Shown here in pieces: positions 29,757-39,683 of a DNA stretch of 64,000 nt. The notes beneath the pieces were generated by a model. The model was not told the origin of the DNA and ran no database searches. It saw only the letters and a list, made by a program, of their open reading frames with translations. The number at the start of each line of letters is the position of its first letter. Positions within the stretch are counted from its first letter, which is position 1. A program made the position numbers and the translations under genes. Source of the stretch: a virus; IMG/VR virus record IMGVR_UViG_3300042514_001858, positions 90,168-154,167 of that record; one strand, written 5' to 3'.

Positions 29757-30836
29757 ATGCGTGATTACAGTTATTTTTTTGAAAATTCCAATCTCCTCAA
29801 TATGTTTGTGGCAGCATTTGACGATGCATTTGTGTATCGTTATGATGCAAAAACCAGACAATCGAAGGAGAAAATTGAAGTTCGGTATGTAAACGGACCT
29901 AAACACCGTGTCCTACATGATCTCACTGATCGAGCCAAGACACTGACATTGCCAGTAGTAACGATTGAGCAAACAAGTTTAGCTCGTGATCCTTCCAGAA
30001 TTTCAAATAAAGATCAATTTCTGTATAGAAAACAGTTGGATTCTACCAATAGACTTGCGAAAATTCCAACACCAATTCCAGTAAATCTCACTCTGGATGT
30101 GAATATCATCTGTTATTTCAAAGAAGATTTGGATCAGATCATCCAGAATTTCGTCGTAAATTGTAATCCATATATCATTGTTTCTTGGCAATTTCCTGAA
30201 AAGTTCAACATGCCATTCATTGATGAGATTCGTTCAGAAATTCAATGGTCAGGTGATATTTCCTACGAAAATCCCAAAGATTTGTCACCTGATACAAAAT
30301 GGAGAATTTCTGCATCTACATCATTCACGATCAAAGGTTGGTTGTTCAAAGATTATAACCAAACTCAAGCACCGATCTATGTGGTTAATGCAGATTTCCA
30401 TGCTCTAGCTGTCAGTAATAGATTTTGTGATTACAATCTCTTCGATGCTATCAGTGCAGAAGGTGTTCAAACAGAAAGCGTATCGATTAGTGCGTATCCA
30501 GAATTCACCAATTATTTCATCAATGGTATCCATCAAGGAGATTCTTTGATTGTAACTGAGTTGAATGAAAGAAATTTCCAATTCTATGGGAAGCGATTCG
30601 GTTACAATAACACTTGGTATCTGTCTGGTGCATATAATATTCCTCAATTGGTTTACACTGAGATTGATACTGCCAAGTTCCCCACGATTTCCGCTTATCT
30701 ATTACCAGAGAATGTGATCACAGTAGTGAATGATAATATTGTCACAATATCCCTAAGTTCAAATTATTTTAGTAATTTGTCGGGAAACCATGTTTTTGTG
30801 ACGGCAAATGACGCAGGGTGGGTAGCATCCTATTAA
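29757..30836 (+). CDS. gp15: Tail sheath stabiliser/terminator
   Basis: FVAAFDD, VRYVNGPK, TLPVV, RDPSR, PIPVNL, DLDQIIQNF...NPY. Confidence 0.8.
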   Translation: MRDYSYFFENSNLLNMFVAAFDDAFVYRYDAKTRQSKEKIEVRYVNGPKHRVLHDLTDRAKTLTLPVVTIEQTSLARDPSRISNKDQFLYRKQLDSTNRLAKIPTPIPVNLTLDVNIICYFKEDLDQIIQNFVVNCNPYIIVSWQFPEKFNMPFIDEIRSEIQWSGDISYENPKDLSPDTKWRISASTSFTIKGWLFKDYNQTQAPIYVVNADFHALAVSNRFCDYNLFDAISAEGVQTESVSISAYPEFTNYFINGIHQGDSLIVTELNERNFQFYGKRFGYNNTWYLSGAYNIPQLVYTEIDTAKFPTISAYLLPENVITVVNDNIVTISLSSNYFSNLSGNHVFVTANDAGWVASY

Positions 30837-30862
30837 AAAAAACAATTTGACTAAATAATATC

Positions 30863-31270
30863 ATGACTACGAAAGATCAGATCGCAATTGCTAAATTGTA
30901 TATGGAGGGAAATACTTGGGCTGGGTCTATCGCAGATGCCCATAATAAAAATATAACAAATTGGGGGTCTTTTTCAAGAGCCATACTGAAAAAATTTCCA
31001 GATTTTGAAGAAAAAAATGATAGATTCGGTAACACCGAACGAGAAATATTAGAATATTCAACTGGTAATTTATCATTGGAAATAAAATTTGAGAATGGGA
31101 AAGTAAGCGTTGAATTATATTTTGAGAATGAGCAAATGGCTAATAAATATAATCAATATAAATCATTTGATGATGATTTTGATTCAGCATATGAGTTTGT
31201 TTTACAAATGGCGAAAAAGATAAAAATATCCAGCCATGATTTTGATCAAGATATTTATGGGGACGATTGA
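30863..31270 (+). CDS. Late hypothetical protein, candidate internal head protein
   Basis: TAAATA-N5-ATG; leader KDQIAIAKLYMEG. Confidence 0.7.
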   Translation: MTTKDQIAIAKLYMEGNTWAGSIADAHNKNITNWGSFSRAILKKFPDFEEKNDRFGNTEREILEYSTGNLSLEIKFENGKVSVELYFENEQMANKYNQYKSFDDDFDSAYEFVLQMAKKIKISSHDFDQDIYGDD

Positions 31271-31313
31271 TCTATTTAATTGAATAATTGAAGATTCCCC
31301 CTAAATAATAAGT

Positions 31314-33140
31314 ATGGCGGGTTCCGATAGTTCTTCTACACAATCTTCAAATAAATCCTACGTTAGTAATGACGGTAAGGGTTCCACTTTCGATAGGAAT
31401 ATGCAATCTTATTTGAAGAATCGTGGGAATTTTATTCAGCAAACTCCTGATGAAGCAAAGAATACAAAATATAAATATTTCCAAAAAATCGGGTTACGCA
31501 GACCTGAAGCAATTGCTAAGAACTCTGTAGCTCTTAATAACGACTGGAATAACACAGCGTTTTCCGCTATTTACCAAGACAAATCCTTTACGGATTTGAT
31601 GTATTCCCAAGCATCGGAAGAAAAACCAGGTCGTCTTAGAGACTACCGTATGATGGCTGCTTACTCTGAAGTGGCAGATGCTTTGGATGAAATTTGTGAT
31701 GAAACCATTAACGTTGATGAAGATGGGGAAATCGTAACTCTTGATTTCCGTAACGCTGATTTGGAATCAGAGAAAAAAGAGGAAATACAAAAAGAATTTT
31801 CTAAATTCTGTTCCATGTTGGATTTGGATGATAATGGATGGCATTATTTCCGACAATTTCTTGTTGAAGGTGAACTCTTTTTTGAACTTATTCTGAAAGA
31901 TGATTACATCAAACAAGGTGTTGTTGCCATTAAAAATCTTCCTGCTGATCAATTCGATCCTGTTTATGACAACATCCAGACGATGTTAGTCAAAGCATTT
32001 ATTTATAAGAAGCCTATTTTTTCTAGCATCGATAATAAAAAAGTTGAACGGTATGAATATATTCCATTTGAAAAGAACCAAGTTCTTTATGTAAATAGTG
32101 GACAATATAATGAAACAAAAGATTTTATCATTCCTTTCATTGAGAATTGCCGTAGAGCTTATAGACAGCTTTCGATGATCGAAGATTCTGTGGTTATCCA
32201 TAGAATGGTTCATGCACCTCTCCGTTTCCTTTTCAATGTGGATGTAGGTAGATTACCAGTTCCTCAAGCTGAAGCATATCTGAGAAAATTACAATCTCAA
32301 TATTGGTCTACCAAGACTTTCGATTTGGATCAAAGTGATGTCGTTAAAAAATATGCACCACAGTCTACTTTGGATTCTTTCTGGTTTGCTAAAAGACAAG
32401 GACAAGAAGCAACAACTGTTGAAACATTTGGTGGTCAACAATCAGATGGTAATATGGAGCCTCTAGATTGGTTCATCAAGAAACTTTATCGTTCTCTGAA
32501 GACTCCTACTTCTCGTTTGAATAATGAAACGGGATATAATGATGGGACAGAAATGCTTCGTGAAGAGCTTAAATTTGCGAAGATGATCATTCGTCAACAA
32601 CAAAGATTTGCTCAAGGCATCAAAAGAGCATTTGTCACTCATCTCAAATTCAAAGAAATGTTCGAAGAATATGATCTTTTCGAAGATAATATTCAAGTGG
32701 AATTTAATGTTCCGACGAATTTCTATGACATGAGAGAAAGTCAAAAGCTTGAATTAAAAATTAACACCTTTACCAGTATTACAAACAGTGAATTTGTCTC
32801 CAAAACCTTTGCTATGAAAAAATATTTGGATTGGAAAGATTCAGACATTCTTGCTAATCGTCACTTCCTGAGAAACGAAGCAGAGTTCCTATACGAAATT
32901 GAACAAATTAAAGCCAACGGACCTAACTGGAAAGAACTTGCAGCACAACAAGCTGAAGGTGCTGCGGGAGGAGAAGGTGGTGACATGAGCGACTTGGGTG
33001 GCGGTGGTGGTGGCGGTGGTGGCGTTCCAGACTTTGGAGGAGGAGGAGCCGCTATTAGTGGTGGAGAAGCTGATTTGGGCGGTGGCGAAGCACCTCCAGC
33101 AGAAGAAGCACCTCCAGCAGAAGAAGCACCACCAGTTTAA
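31314..33140 (+). CDS. gp20: Portal vertex protein
   Basis: YRMMAAYSEVADALDEI, IEDSVVIHR..HAPLR, DVGRLP..AEAYL, LYRSLKTPTSRL, REELKFAK. Confidence 0.95.
   Translation: MAGSDSSSTQSSNKSYVSNDGKGSTFDRNMQSYLKNRGNFIQQTPDEAKNTKYKYFQKIGLRRPEAIAKNSVALNNDWNNTAFSAIYQDKSFTDLMYSQASEEKPGRLRDYRMMAAYSEVADALDEICDETINVDEDGEIVTLDFRNADLESEKKEEIQKEFSKFCSMLDLDDNGWHYFRQFLVEGELFFELILKDDYIKQGVVAIKNLPADQFDPVYDNIQTMLVKAFIYKKPIFSSIDNKKVERYEYIPFEKNQVLYVNSGQYNETKDFIIPFIENCRRAYRQLSMIEDSVVIHRMVHAPLRFLFNVDVGRLPVPQAEAYLRKLQSQYWSTKTFDLDQSDVVKKYAPQSTLDSFWFAKRQGQEATTVETFGGQQSDGNMEPLDWFIKKLYRSLKTPTSRLNNETGYNDGTEMLREELKFAKMIIRQQQRFAQGIKRAFVTHLKFKEMFEEYDLFEDNIQVEFNVPTNFYDMRESQKLELKINTFTSITNSEFVSKTFAMKKYLDWKDSDILANRHFLRNEAEFLYEIEQIKANGPNWKELAAQQAEGAAGGEGGDMSDLGGGGGGGGGVPDFGGGGAAISGGEADLGGGEAPPAEEAPPAEEAPPV
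33087..33131 (+). repeat. 18-bp tandem repeat (EAPPAE) in the portal tail
   Basis: GAAGCACCTCCAGCAGAA, ~2.5 copies. Confidence 0.85.
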
Positions 33141-33811
33141 TTCAAAGGTATATTATAATTCCTAGCACATTCTTTCGATTTCTGATCGAACGGATAAATT
33201 GTTCCGTGCCAAAGGTAATCTTTGCCACCTTCAATTGGACCTAAAGGACGAACTTTTATCAACCATTCTCCCATATATTCCCCACGGGAATTTTTAAATT
33301 TTAATTTACCTGAAAATTGGGAAGATGCATCAGTAGATTCTTCCCATCTACGCATGTAATCATCCAACTGGATTTCGTCTTCTATGAAATTTTTCCAATT
33401 CAAACGAAGTAATTCTTCCGATGAAGTCGCGCACAAATGACAATATGTTTCATTAACTTGAATATTTATTGCTTTGGAAGTAGTGCGAAAAGATGGTTTA
33501 GGATTCAACCAAAACATTGCTTCTATTTCTGCTTTGATGATTTTCAGAGAATCCTTCATGGAACCACCACCATTAGGGGAGATTTCATACTCAACATTCT
33601 TTAATCGAGTGTCTAAATTACCAATTCCCGATTTAATTTCTTGTAAAATTTCTGGTATTTCATGTTTAGATTTACTATAAATTTTATGTTGTTCATATTT
33701 TTTAATAATAAATTTTTTAATTTTTTTGAAAAAAACCAAGAAGGTGCTTACCAATCCAATAACAATTGAAATAGTTTGCGCGTTTTGCATTAAGAAAATC
33801 CATAAATCCAT
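33137..33811 (-). CDS. Membrane protein with a PAS-like domain (holin candidate)
   Basis: N-terminal TM helix, EISPNGGGSMKD motif, PAS-like VNETYCHL...ELLRLNWKNFI; TAAATA-N5-ATG. Confidence 0.6.
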   Translation of the reverse strand: MDLWIFLMQNAQTISIVIGLVSTFLVFFKKIKKFIIKKYEQHKIYSKSKHEIPEILQEIKSGIGNLDTRLKNVEYEISPNGGGSMKDSLKIIKAEIEAMFWLNPKPSFRTTSKAINIQVNETYCHLCATSSEELLRLNWKNFIEDEIQLDDYMRRWEESTDASSQFSGKLKFKNSRGEYMGEWLIKVRPLGPIEGGKDYLWHGTIYPFDQKSKECARNYNIPLN

Positions 33812-33819
33812 GATATTAT

Positions 33820-34116
33820 TTATTCACAAAAGCTGACGCAATTAAATGCTGAGTTATAATAAAATTTAGTTCCGTTATTAGATAGTGGAGACCACCCAGT
33901 ATCAGTTGATTTATTACACACGTAAAAATAGTATTGACTACCATTATTAGCTGATGGCTGAACGAAAATAGTGCTTTGACCCCAAAGTATGAAATCGTTG
34001 GAAGATAGGTAATAATATTTGGAACCATTATTGTTATTAGGATTCCAACCTGAAACAGTTGGAACACCACAAGAAAGTTGGTAATAAACAGAACCATTAT
34101 TGGATTCAAATGACAT
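33820..34116 (-). CDS. Small repeat protein (four NNG(S/T)x(Y/F)Y units)
   Basis: Internal repeats, 4 Cys, TAAATA-N5-ATG. Confidence 0.75.
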   Translation of the reverse strand: MSFESNNGSVYYQLSCGVPTVSGWNPNNNNGSKYYYLSSNDFILWGQSTIFVQPSANNGSQYYFYVCNKSTDTGWSPLSNNGTKFYYNSAFNCVSFCE

Positions 34117-34147
34117 ATTATTATTTAGCTTATTAAATAATAATATG
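34114..34147. promoter_or_regulatory. Back-to-back divergent late promoters
   Basis: CATATTATTATTTA-gcttat-TAAATAATAATATG, a perfect 14-bp inverted repeat. Confidence 0.85.
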
Positions 34148-35287
34148 AGTCTCTGTCAATTAGAACCAATTTCAGCTTTCATGTCCACTAATCTTAATTC
34201 AAAGATTGAGTGTTATCAACGTTTGGGAGAAAGAATCTTGAGACTATTGGGACATCCAATGATCAATGTTGAATTGCATTATGACCAACTTTATGAAGCA
34301 ATTTCAATGGCAACGGATTTTTATACAAAATACGCTGGATATTCAAAAGAATATGTAATTTTTGATAGTAACTTATATGAAAGTGGCAAAGGAATCAGAT
34401 TGGATACTCTTTTCACTGTGGCAAATTCTGGATATACACCATCGGAAAAATTAAATGATAAGAAAATCGGACCTAATCCTGATTATGAAGTGAAAATTCC
34501 TGATGTGTTGTATGTTTCCTTATCCACCATACCAAATTCTTATTTTGCTTCTTCTTCCTCTTTGAGTGCTGTAGTTCCATCCGATGGTATTACATCCATG
34601 CAAATTATTGATAAAACCACTTATAATTTATTCACCACGTTCAGACCTTCTTTGAGTTCTTTGTTTCAACAATCTTATCAAAAACCTTTCACTGTTCAAT
34701 GTGAACCACAAGAAGATGTTCGCACATACAACAATATGTTTGATTATGATATCATGGATTATCGAAAAGTTGTTGATGTCGTATCGTTTGAAGAAGGTTC
34801 TACGACTGGTGTGAATACATTGTTCTCCGTGGAACAAACTATGGCACAACAATCATATCACGCATATTCTCTTGGGAATTATGGTTTTGATATTCTTTCT
34901 TGGCATACTGTCAAAGATTGGATTGATACCAGAGAAAAAATGTTTGCCACCAGAAGAGATATTTATTTCGATCCCAGAACACAATATTTACGCTTGATAC
35001 CACAGCCGAAAAACACCACATTCTATGGTTTATTGGAATGTTATGTGGAAAAACCGCTTCGAGATTTGGTAAAAGAAAAATGGGTATTGGAATACTCCAC
35101 TGCTTTGTGTAAAGTCATGTGGGGAAGGATTCTCACTAAAATTAGTGGCGTGGGTTTTCCTGGTGGTGGTTCTATCAATGGTGATTCCATTTTGTCAGAA
35201 GGTGTTGCAGAGAAAAAAGAATTGGAACAATTCTTAATTGAAGGTGGGTACGGAGATTTCGACCCAGTATCTTTCTCTGTTTTTTAA
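34145..35287 (+). CDS. gp13: Neck protein
   Basis: ILRLLGHPMINVELHYDQL, WVLEYSTALCKVMWGRILTKISGV.FPGG..INGD; start moved to ATG 34145. Confidence 0.88.
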   Translation: MSLCQLEPISAFMSTNLNSKIECYQRLGERILRLLGHPMINVELHYDQLYEAISMATDFYTKYAGYSKEYVIFDSNLYESGKGIRLDTLFTVANSGYTPSEKLNDKKIGPNPDYEVKIPDVLYVSLSTIPNSYFASSSSLSAVVPSDGITSMQIIDKTTYNLFTTFRPSLSSLFQQSYQKPFTVQCEPQEDVRTYNNMFDYDIMDYRKVVDVVSFEEGSTTGVNTLFSVEQTMAQQSYHAYSLGNYGFDILSWHTVKDWIDTREKMFATRRDIYFDPRTQYLRLIPQPKNTTFYGLLECYVEKPLRDLVKEKWVLEYSTALCKVMWGRILTKISGVGFPGGGSINGDSILSEGVAEKKELEQFLIEGGYGDFDPVSFSVF

Positions 35288-35329
35288 TAATTATAATTGA
35301 CATAATAACCATTTGACTAAATATAAAAG

Positions 35330-37594
35330 ATGAGATTGTTTAGCGAAGAGGTAAAAGTTACCTCGTCTAACTCTCCTCTGAACATCCTTCAAGTTAAAGA
35401 TTTTCAAGAAGTCTTTTTCGGTGTTTTCGAGGTGCAGATAAACGAAAAAAAATATGTGGCAGAAAAGATTTCCGAAGAAAACGGAAATCCAATCGTATCT
35501 ATTCTTGTGGAGGAAGGAAACGAGAAAGCACAATATCCTTTCTTACTTCTGAAAGGGAAACAAGAAATTTATTTCAATTCGCAAAGCGAACCAGTTGAAA
35601 TCTTTGAATCAAATATTGAGAATGAAGAAGATGAAGATTTAGAAGTTGAAGAGCTTATCAAAGAAACTTTCGATAATTCTGAAATTGTTGAAGATAAAAA
35701 ACAAGAAATTCTTGAAGAAATAAAAAGAGTAAAGAGAAATGCTGTAAAGAAATCTCTTGAAATTTTAGAACATAATAAAGCAAAAAATATTCAAGATATT
35801 AAGAATGAGAGTAGGAAAAAGGAAAAAGCTCTCAAAGGGTATTTGGAATCAGCAAGAGAAAATCTTGTAGATGAATTTACTATCATTTCTGGAAAAATTA
35901 AAAATGAATTAATTTCAGATAATGATTATAAATTTGATGAGATTCGTGAAAGCATTGATCTTAAAATTCAAGATATTGCTGACAATCTAAATGAATCTCT
36001 TGGAAAGAACTTTGAAAATTCTTCTAAGTTGATTGATAAGTCTGTCAAACAATTAGTCAAAGAATTATATGAAAGAAATATCAACCCGAAAGTTGATAAA
36101 GAATTAAAAGATATTGCTGAAGAAATTGTTGAAAAGGTATCAGAAATTGATAAAAATCTCAACGATAAATTGGATGAAAAAGCTGATGTTTCTTTAATTG
36201 AAAGTGTTAATAAGGAATTGGATGCAATTCGTGATGCCAATATTGAACTTAATAATTCCTTGAACAAAGGTGTCCAAAAAGCCCTCTCTCGTGTAGGAAA
36301 TGTCGATAAGAAAATTTTAGAGATTTCTGAGAAATTTGATAATAAAATCTCAGAAACAGAACAAGAAATCACGCAATATTTCGATGAAAAGTTATCCTTA
36401 GTAAAGGAAGAAACATTAGATATTACAGATGAAGCGAGAAAATATTTTCAAAATCTTATTCAAGAAAGTAGAAATGGATTACTTTCTGAGATTCGTAAAA
36501 TCAAAAATGAAAAGCCAATTGAATATATTTTAGAATCTAAAACAGGGAAACCAATTGTTAAAGAATGGGACTCCATTGAAAAGGATTGGAATAAAAAAAT
36601 TCACGATAAATTTGAAAATTATAAAACCGATTTAAGAAAATATGTAGCTGTTTATGCTTCTGGTGGAGGGACGAATGCCACTCAATACCAAGATGGTGGC
36701 ACGATGAATGGTGATTTGACTATTGTCGGAAAGCTTTCTGCTGGTGATATCTATTCAAATGGTAATAGAGTTGCAACAGTTGTCACTCCTACACGCACTA
36801 CACTATCTGGCAACGGTATATTATCATCGTTTGCCATCGATGGAGCAGAAAGTCTCACTAATCCATCTGCGCTCATTGTCGCTATTGATGGTGCGCTACA
36901 AGAACCATCTGTAGATTACTCTGTTGGCAGCGGAAACATTACCTTTACTTCTCCATTAGCAAGTGGAGCAAAAGCAGTTGTGGTATCTCCTACAAATACT
37001 GTCCAAGTGCTTGATATGATTCCTTCAGATGGGAGTGTGACAAGTGCAAAATTAGCAAGTGGGTTGAGCATTTCTGCGCCTACACTGACCAATGCCGTAA
37101 TAAGTGGGTCTACTACTTTTAGTACATCAGGTGCAGCGACAGCACTAAACACCTCTCTTGGAACGCGAAGAGTCAGGAGAACAACTCTTGCAACAAGAAC
37201 AAGCTCATCTATGGTAGCAGATGACACACTAGTTTTGTCAGTCGTCAGCGGCGTGACATATCGCATTAAAGTTCATTCGCTAACCAAAAATTCAACCGCG
37301 ACAGTTGGGATGGTTTTACGCATTGACCACCCTGGTATCACAGCAAGCGGAAGCGATACCGTAGGTCACTTTACAAACGGTGGCGGCAACTCAACGATTA
37401 CGCCATCAACCTCAACATCGCTGACAAACTCGGTCAACCAGAACGGGCAGAATCTAAGCACAATTTCAGAGGTTATTTTAACACCAACAGCGTCAGGTAA
37501 CGTAACTGTAATGTGGGGGGCGCGTGTTCCTGCTGGTGTAGAAACAGCAGGATTGAACGCTAACAGTTATATGGAAATTACAGAACTAAGTTAA
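35330..37594 (+). CDS. Virion protein: acidic coiled coil fused to a fibre-like C-terminus
   Basis: E/K-rich N-terminal half, GGTMNGDLT junction, IDGALQEP..DY and GSVTSAKLA fibre motifs. Confidence 0.65.
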   Translation: MRLFSEEVKVTSSNSPLNILQVKDFQEVFFGVFEVQINEKKYVAEKISEENGNPIVSILVEEGNEKAQYPFLLLKGKQEIYFNSQSEPVEIFESNIENEEDEDLEVEELIKETFDNSEIVEDKKQEILEEIKRVKRNAVKKSLEILEHNKAKNIQDIKNESRKKEKALKGYLESARENLVDEFTIISGKIKNELISDNDYKFDEIRESIDLKIQDIADNLNESLGKNFENSSKLIDKSVKQLVKELYERNINPKVDKELKDIAEEIVEKVSEIDKNLNDKLDEKADVSLIESVNKELDAIRDANIELNNSLNKGVQKALSRVGNVDKKILEISEKFDNKISETEQEITQYFDEKLSLVKEETLDITDEARKYFQNLIQESRNGLLSEIRKIKNEKPIEYILESKTGKPIVKEWDSIEKDWNKKIHDKFENYKTDLRKYVAVYASGGGTNATQYQDGGTMNGDLTIVGKLSAGDIYSNGNRVATVVTPTRTTLSGNGILSSFAIDGAESLTNPSALIVAIDGALQEPSVDYSVGSGNITFTSPLASGAKAVVVSPTNTVQVLDMIPSDGSVTSAKLASGLSISAPTLTNAVISGSTTFSTSGAATALNTSLGTRRVRRTTLATRTSSSMVADDTLVLSVVSGVTYRIKVHSLTKNSTATVGMVLRIDHPGITASGSDTVGHFTNGGGNSTITPSTSTSLTNSVNQNGQNLSTISEVILTPTASGNVTVMWGARVPAGVETAGLNANSYMEITELS

Positions 37595-37610
37595 TTATTA
37601 TAAATAAAAT

Positions 37611-39659
37611 ATGGCAACAACTAAAATCACATCAAGATCCCTAGAAACTGGAGCAGCATTAGCAAATCTTAATGCTGGTGCAAGTGTGGCATTGACTGTT
37701 CCAGTCACAGCAACTAACTATAATCCAGGAACAAATGTAGCGACATTTTTAGCTACTCCCACAAGTGCAAATTTACTAGCGGCGGTGACAGATGAAACAG
37801 GGACGGGTAGCTTGGTTTTTGCGACATCGCCAACTATCACAACTCCAACAATAGCACAAATCAATGGCGGCATTGCAGCTAACGATGACCTGACTTTGCA
37901 AGGCACAACAAATGCCACACGGACAACGAGCTATGTTAATCTACAACCTAGCGGTGGCAATGTAGGGATCGGCACAGCTACTCCATCAGCGACTCTGCAC
38001 ACAATCGCGCTGACAGAACAAATGCGAATCGGCTATGATGCCGCAAACTACACTAGCCTAACCGTATCAAGTGCTGGCAACGTAACTCGTAACAACACTG
38101 GCACTTTTGTTAGTCAAACGCTCAGTGGCAATCAAGCACTCTATCAAGGGTTCTCAAGTTCTGCGGTGTATATGACTATAGGAGGAACTACCCGTGGTGA
38201 TGGTAGCTTAGGTAAGTTTAACGTATTCGGCACAGGCACTACCAGTGACGCACCTATTTATGTTATCTGGCATACCACAGATGACTCAGCAGGTAAGAAC
38301 GCAGGGCTTATAACTAAGACTAGGATGGGTAGTAGGTATCTTAAAACCTACCAAACAATAGGGCAAAACGATAACTCATTCGGCAATGCTGGGCTTGTTC
38401 AGTTTACTGCATTTGAGTACTCTAACAGCACTTATACCACTCTCGCAACACCAACAGAGTTCACTGGTTGGAACTATCAGTATTACAATGGAGCAGCATA
38501 CGAGTCTTTGCTTGCAGTCAGAAAAGCGGGAGTTGGAGTTGGAGTAGTATCTCCAAACGCTAAAGCGAAGCTGCAAGTTGATTCAACAACACAAGGGTTT
38601 CTTCCCCCGCGCATGGATACAACGCAGCGTAACGCTATTGCATCGCCTCCCGCTGGATTGGTCATCTACAATACAACCACAAGCAATCTCAATTCGTATA
38701 GTGGCTCTGCTTGGGTGGAACTAGTCGATAGTGCTGATCTCGGCACAAACGTAGCGACATTTTTAGCTACTCCCACAAGCGCGAATCTAGCATCGGCACT
38801 CACCGACGAGAACGGAACAGGCGGCGGCTTCGTGCGAGCAGAGGGCGCGACTTTGACGAGTCCATCAATCGCAGGAACGGCATCTTTTACGGATACAACT
38901 CGCCCGACATCGGCAGGAACGGGAACGCCAGCGGCTACATCTCTGATGACAAGAGACGATGTTGCACTAGAGCCTTTTTACAGTCTCGGCAGTGTTTTTC
39001 GCGTATCAGCAACGCCAGCTTTTGCAAATAGCGGCACTGGATCGGCGGCATTACAAGGAACGGGTGACCGATGGGTAGCATTAAGCTCAGGAACTTCTAA
39101 TAGTGGCTATGGCAGAGCGCAAATCGGACGGGGAATCACAACAGTTCCGTCTTATTCAGGCGGTGGCATCAACTTTGCTTCAAAGCTGGGCGTTTCTATT
39201 ATTTTATGGATCGCGAATTCCGCTGCGACTGACACCTTGAACATTTTCAGATTGCGATTCGGGTCAGACAATACTCCTGTTGCTGATGGAGTTGACGCTG
39301 TTGCATATCGCGGATTTGGCGTGGAAATTAAAGCGCGTGGAACCTCGCATGATTGGCGAGTGTACGGACATGACGGAACATCAATAACATACAGTGCATG
39401 GTCAAATACAGGATTGAACGCAAACATATTACAAACTCGAATTTCTTTATCCGTGATGAGCAATGGAAGTGGAACTATTACCGCCAGCCTTGGATCAAAT
39501 GGATCAAGAACATTGTCAACTATAACGACAACTGGAGGTCCCACTGCGACAGGAACTTCCGCGCAATCATACGTTGAAGCGCATGTTGCAAATTCCGCTA
39601 GCGGAGTAACGTCTGTATCTGCCGCGCTTTACGACGCACTCTTTTACGCTCAAACTTAA
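37611..39659 (+). CDS. Tail fibre / receptor-binding protein
   Basis: T/S/G/A-rich; GNVGIGTATP and STTQGFLPPRM..TQRNAIASPPAGLVIYNTT; TATAAATA upstream. Confidence 0.8.
   Translation: MATTKITSRSLETGAALANLNAGASVALTVPVTATNYNPGTNVATFLATPTSANLLAAVTDETGTGSLVFATSPTITTPTIAQINGGIAANDDLTLQGTTNATRTTSYVNLQPSGGNVGIGTATPSATLHTIALTEQMRIGYDAANYTSLTVSSAGNVTRNNTGTFVSQTLSGNQALYQGFSSSAVYMTIGGTTRGDGSLGKFNVFGTGTTSDAPIYVIWHTTDDSAGKNAGLITKTRMGSRYLKTYQTIGQNDNSFGNAGLVQFTAFEYSNSTYTTLATPTEFTGWNYQYYNGAAYESLLAVRKAGVGVGVVSPNAKAKLQVDSTTQGFLPPRMDTTQRNAIASPPAGLVIYNTTTSNLNSYSGSAWVELVDSADLGTNVATFLATPTSANLASALTDENGTGGGFVRAEGATLTSPSIAGTASFTDTTRPTSAGTGTPAATSLMTRDDVALEPFYSLGSVFRVSATPAFANSGTGSAALQGTGDRWVALSSGTSNSGYGRAQIGRGITTVPSYSGGGINFASKLGVSIILWIANSAATDTLNIFRLRFGSDNTPVADGVDAVAYRGFGVEIKARGTSHDWRVYGHDGTSITYSAWSNTGLNANILQTRISLSVMSNGSGTITASLGSNGSRTLSTITTTGGPTATGTSAQSYVEAHVANSASGVTSVSAALYDALFYAQT
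37737..38779 (+). repeat. 29-bp perfect direct repeats 1014 bp apart
   Basis: GTAGCGACATTTTTAGCTACTCCCACAAG at 37737-37765 and 38751-38779. Confidence 0.92.
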
Positions 39660-39683
39660 AACATAATCTTTATTAAAAAACAT

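Noticed and set aside
32955-33086. G-rich tract at the end of the portal gene as a DNA element
   Set aside because: It is explained by a poly-Gly low-complexity protein tail.
37737-38779. Diversity-generating retroelement or invertible shufflon
   Set aside because: The repeats are short and direct, flanking mismatches are not adenine-specific, and there is no reverse transcriptase or invertase in the window.
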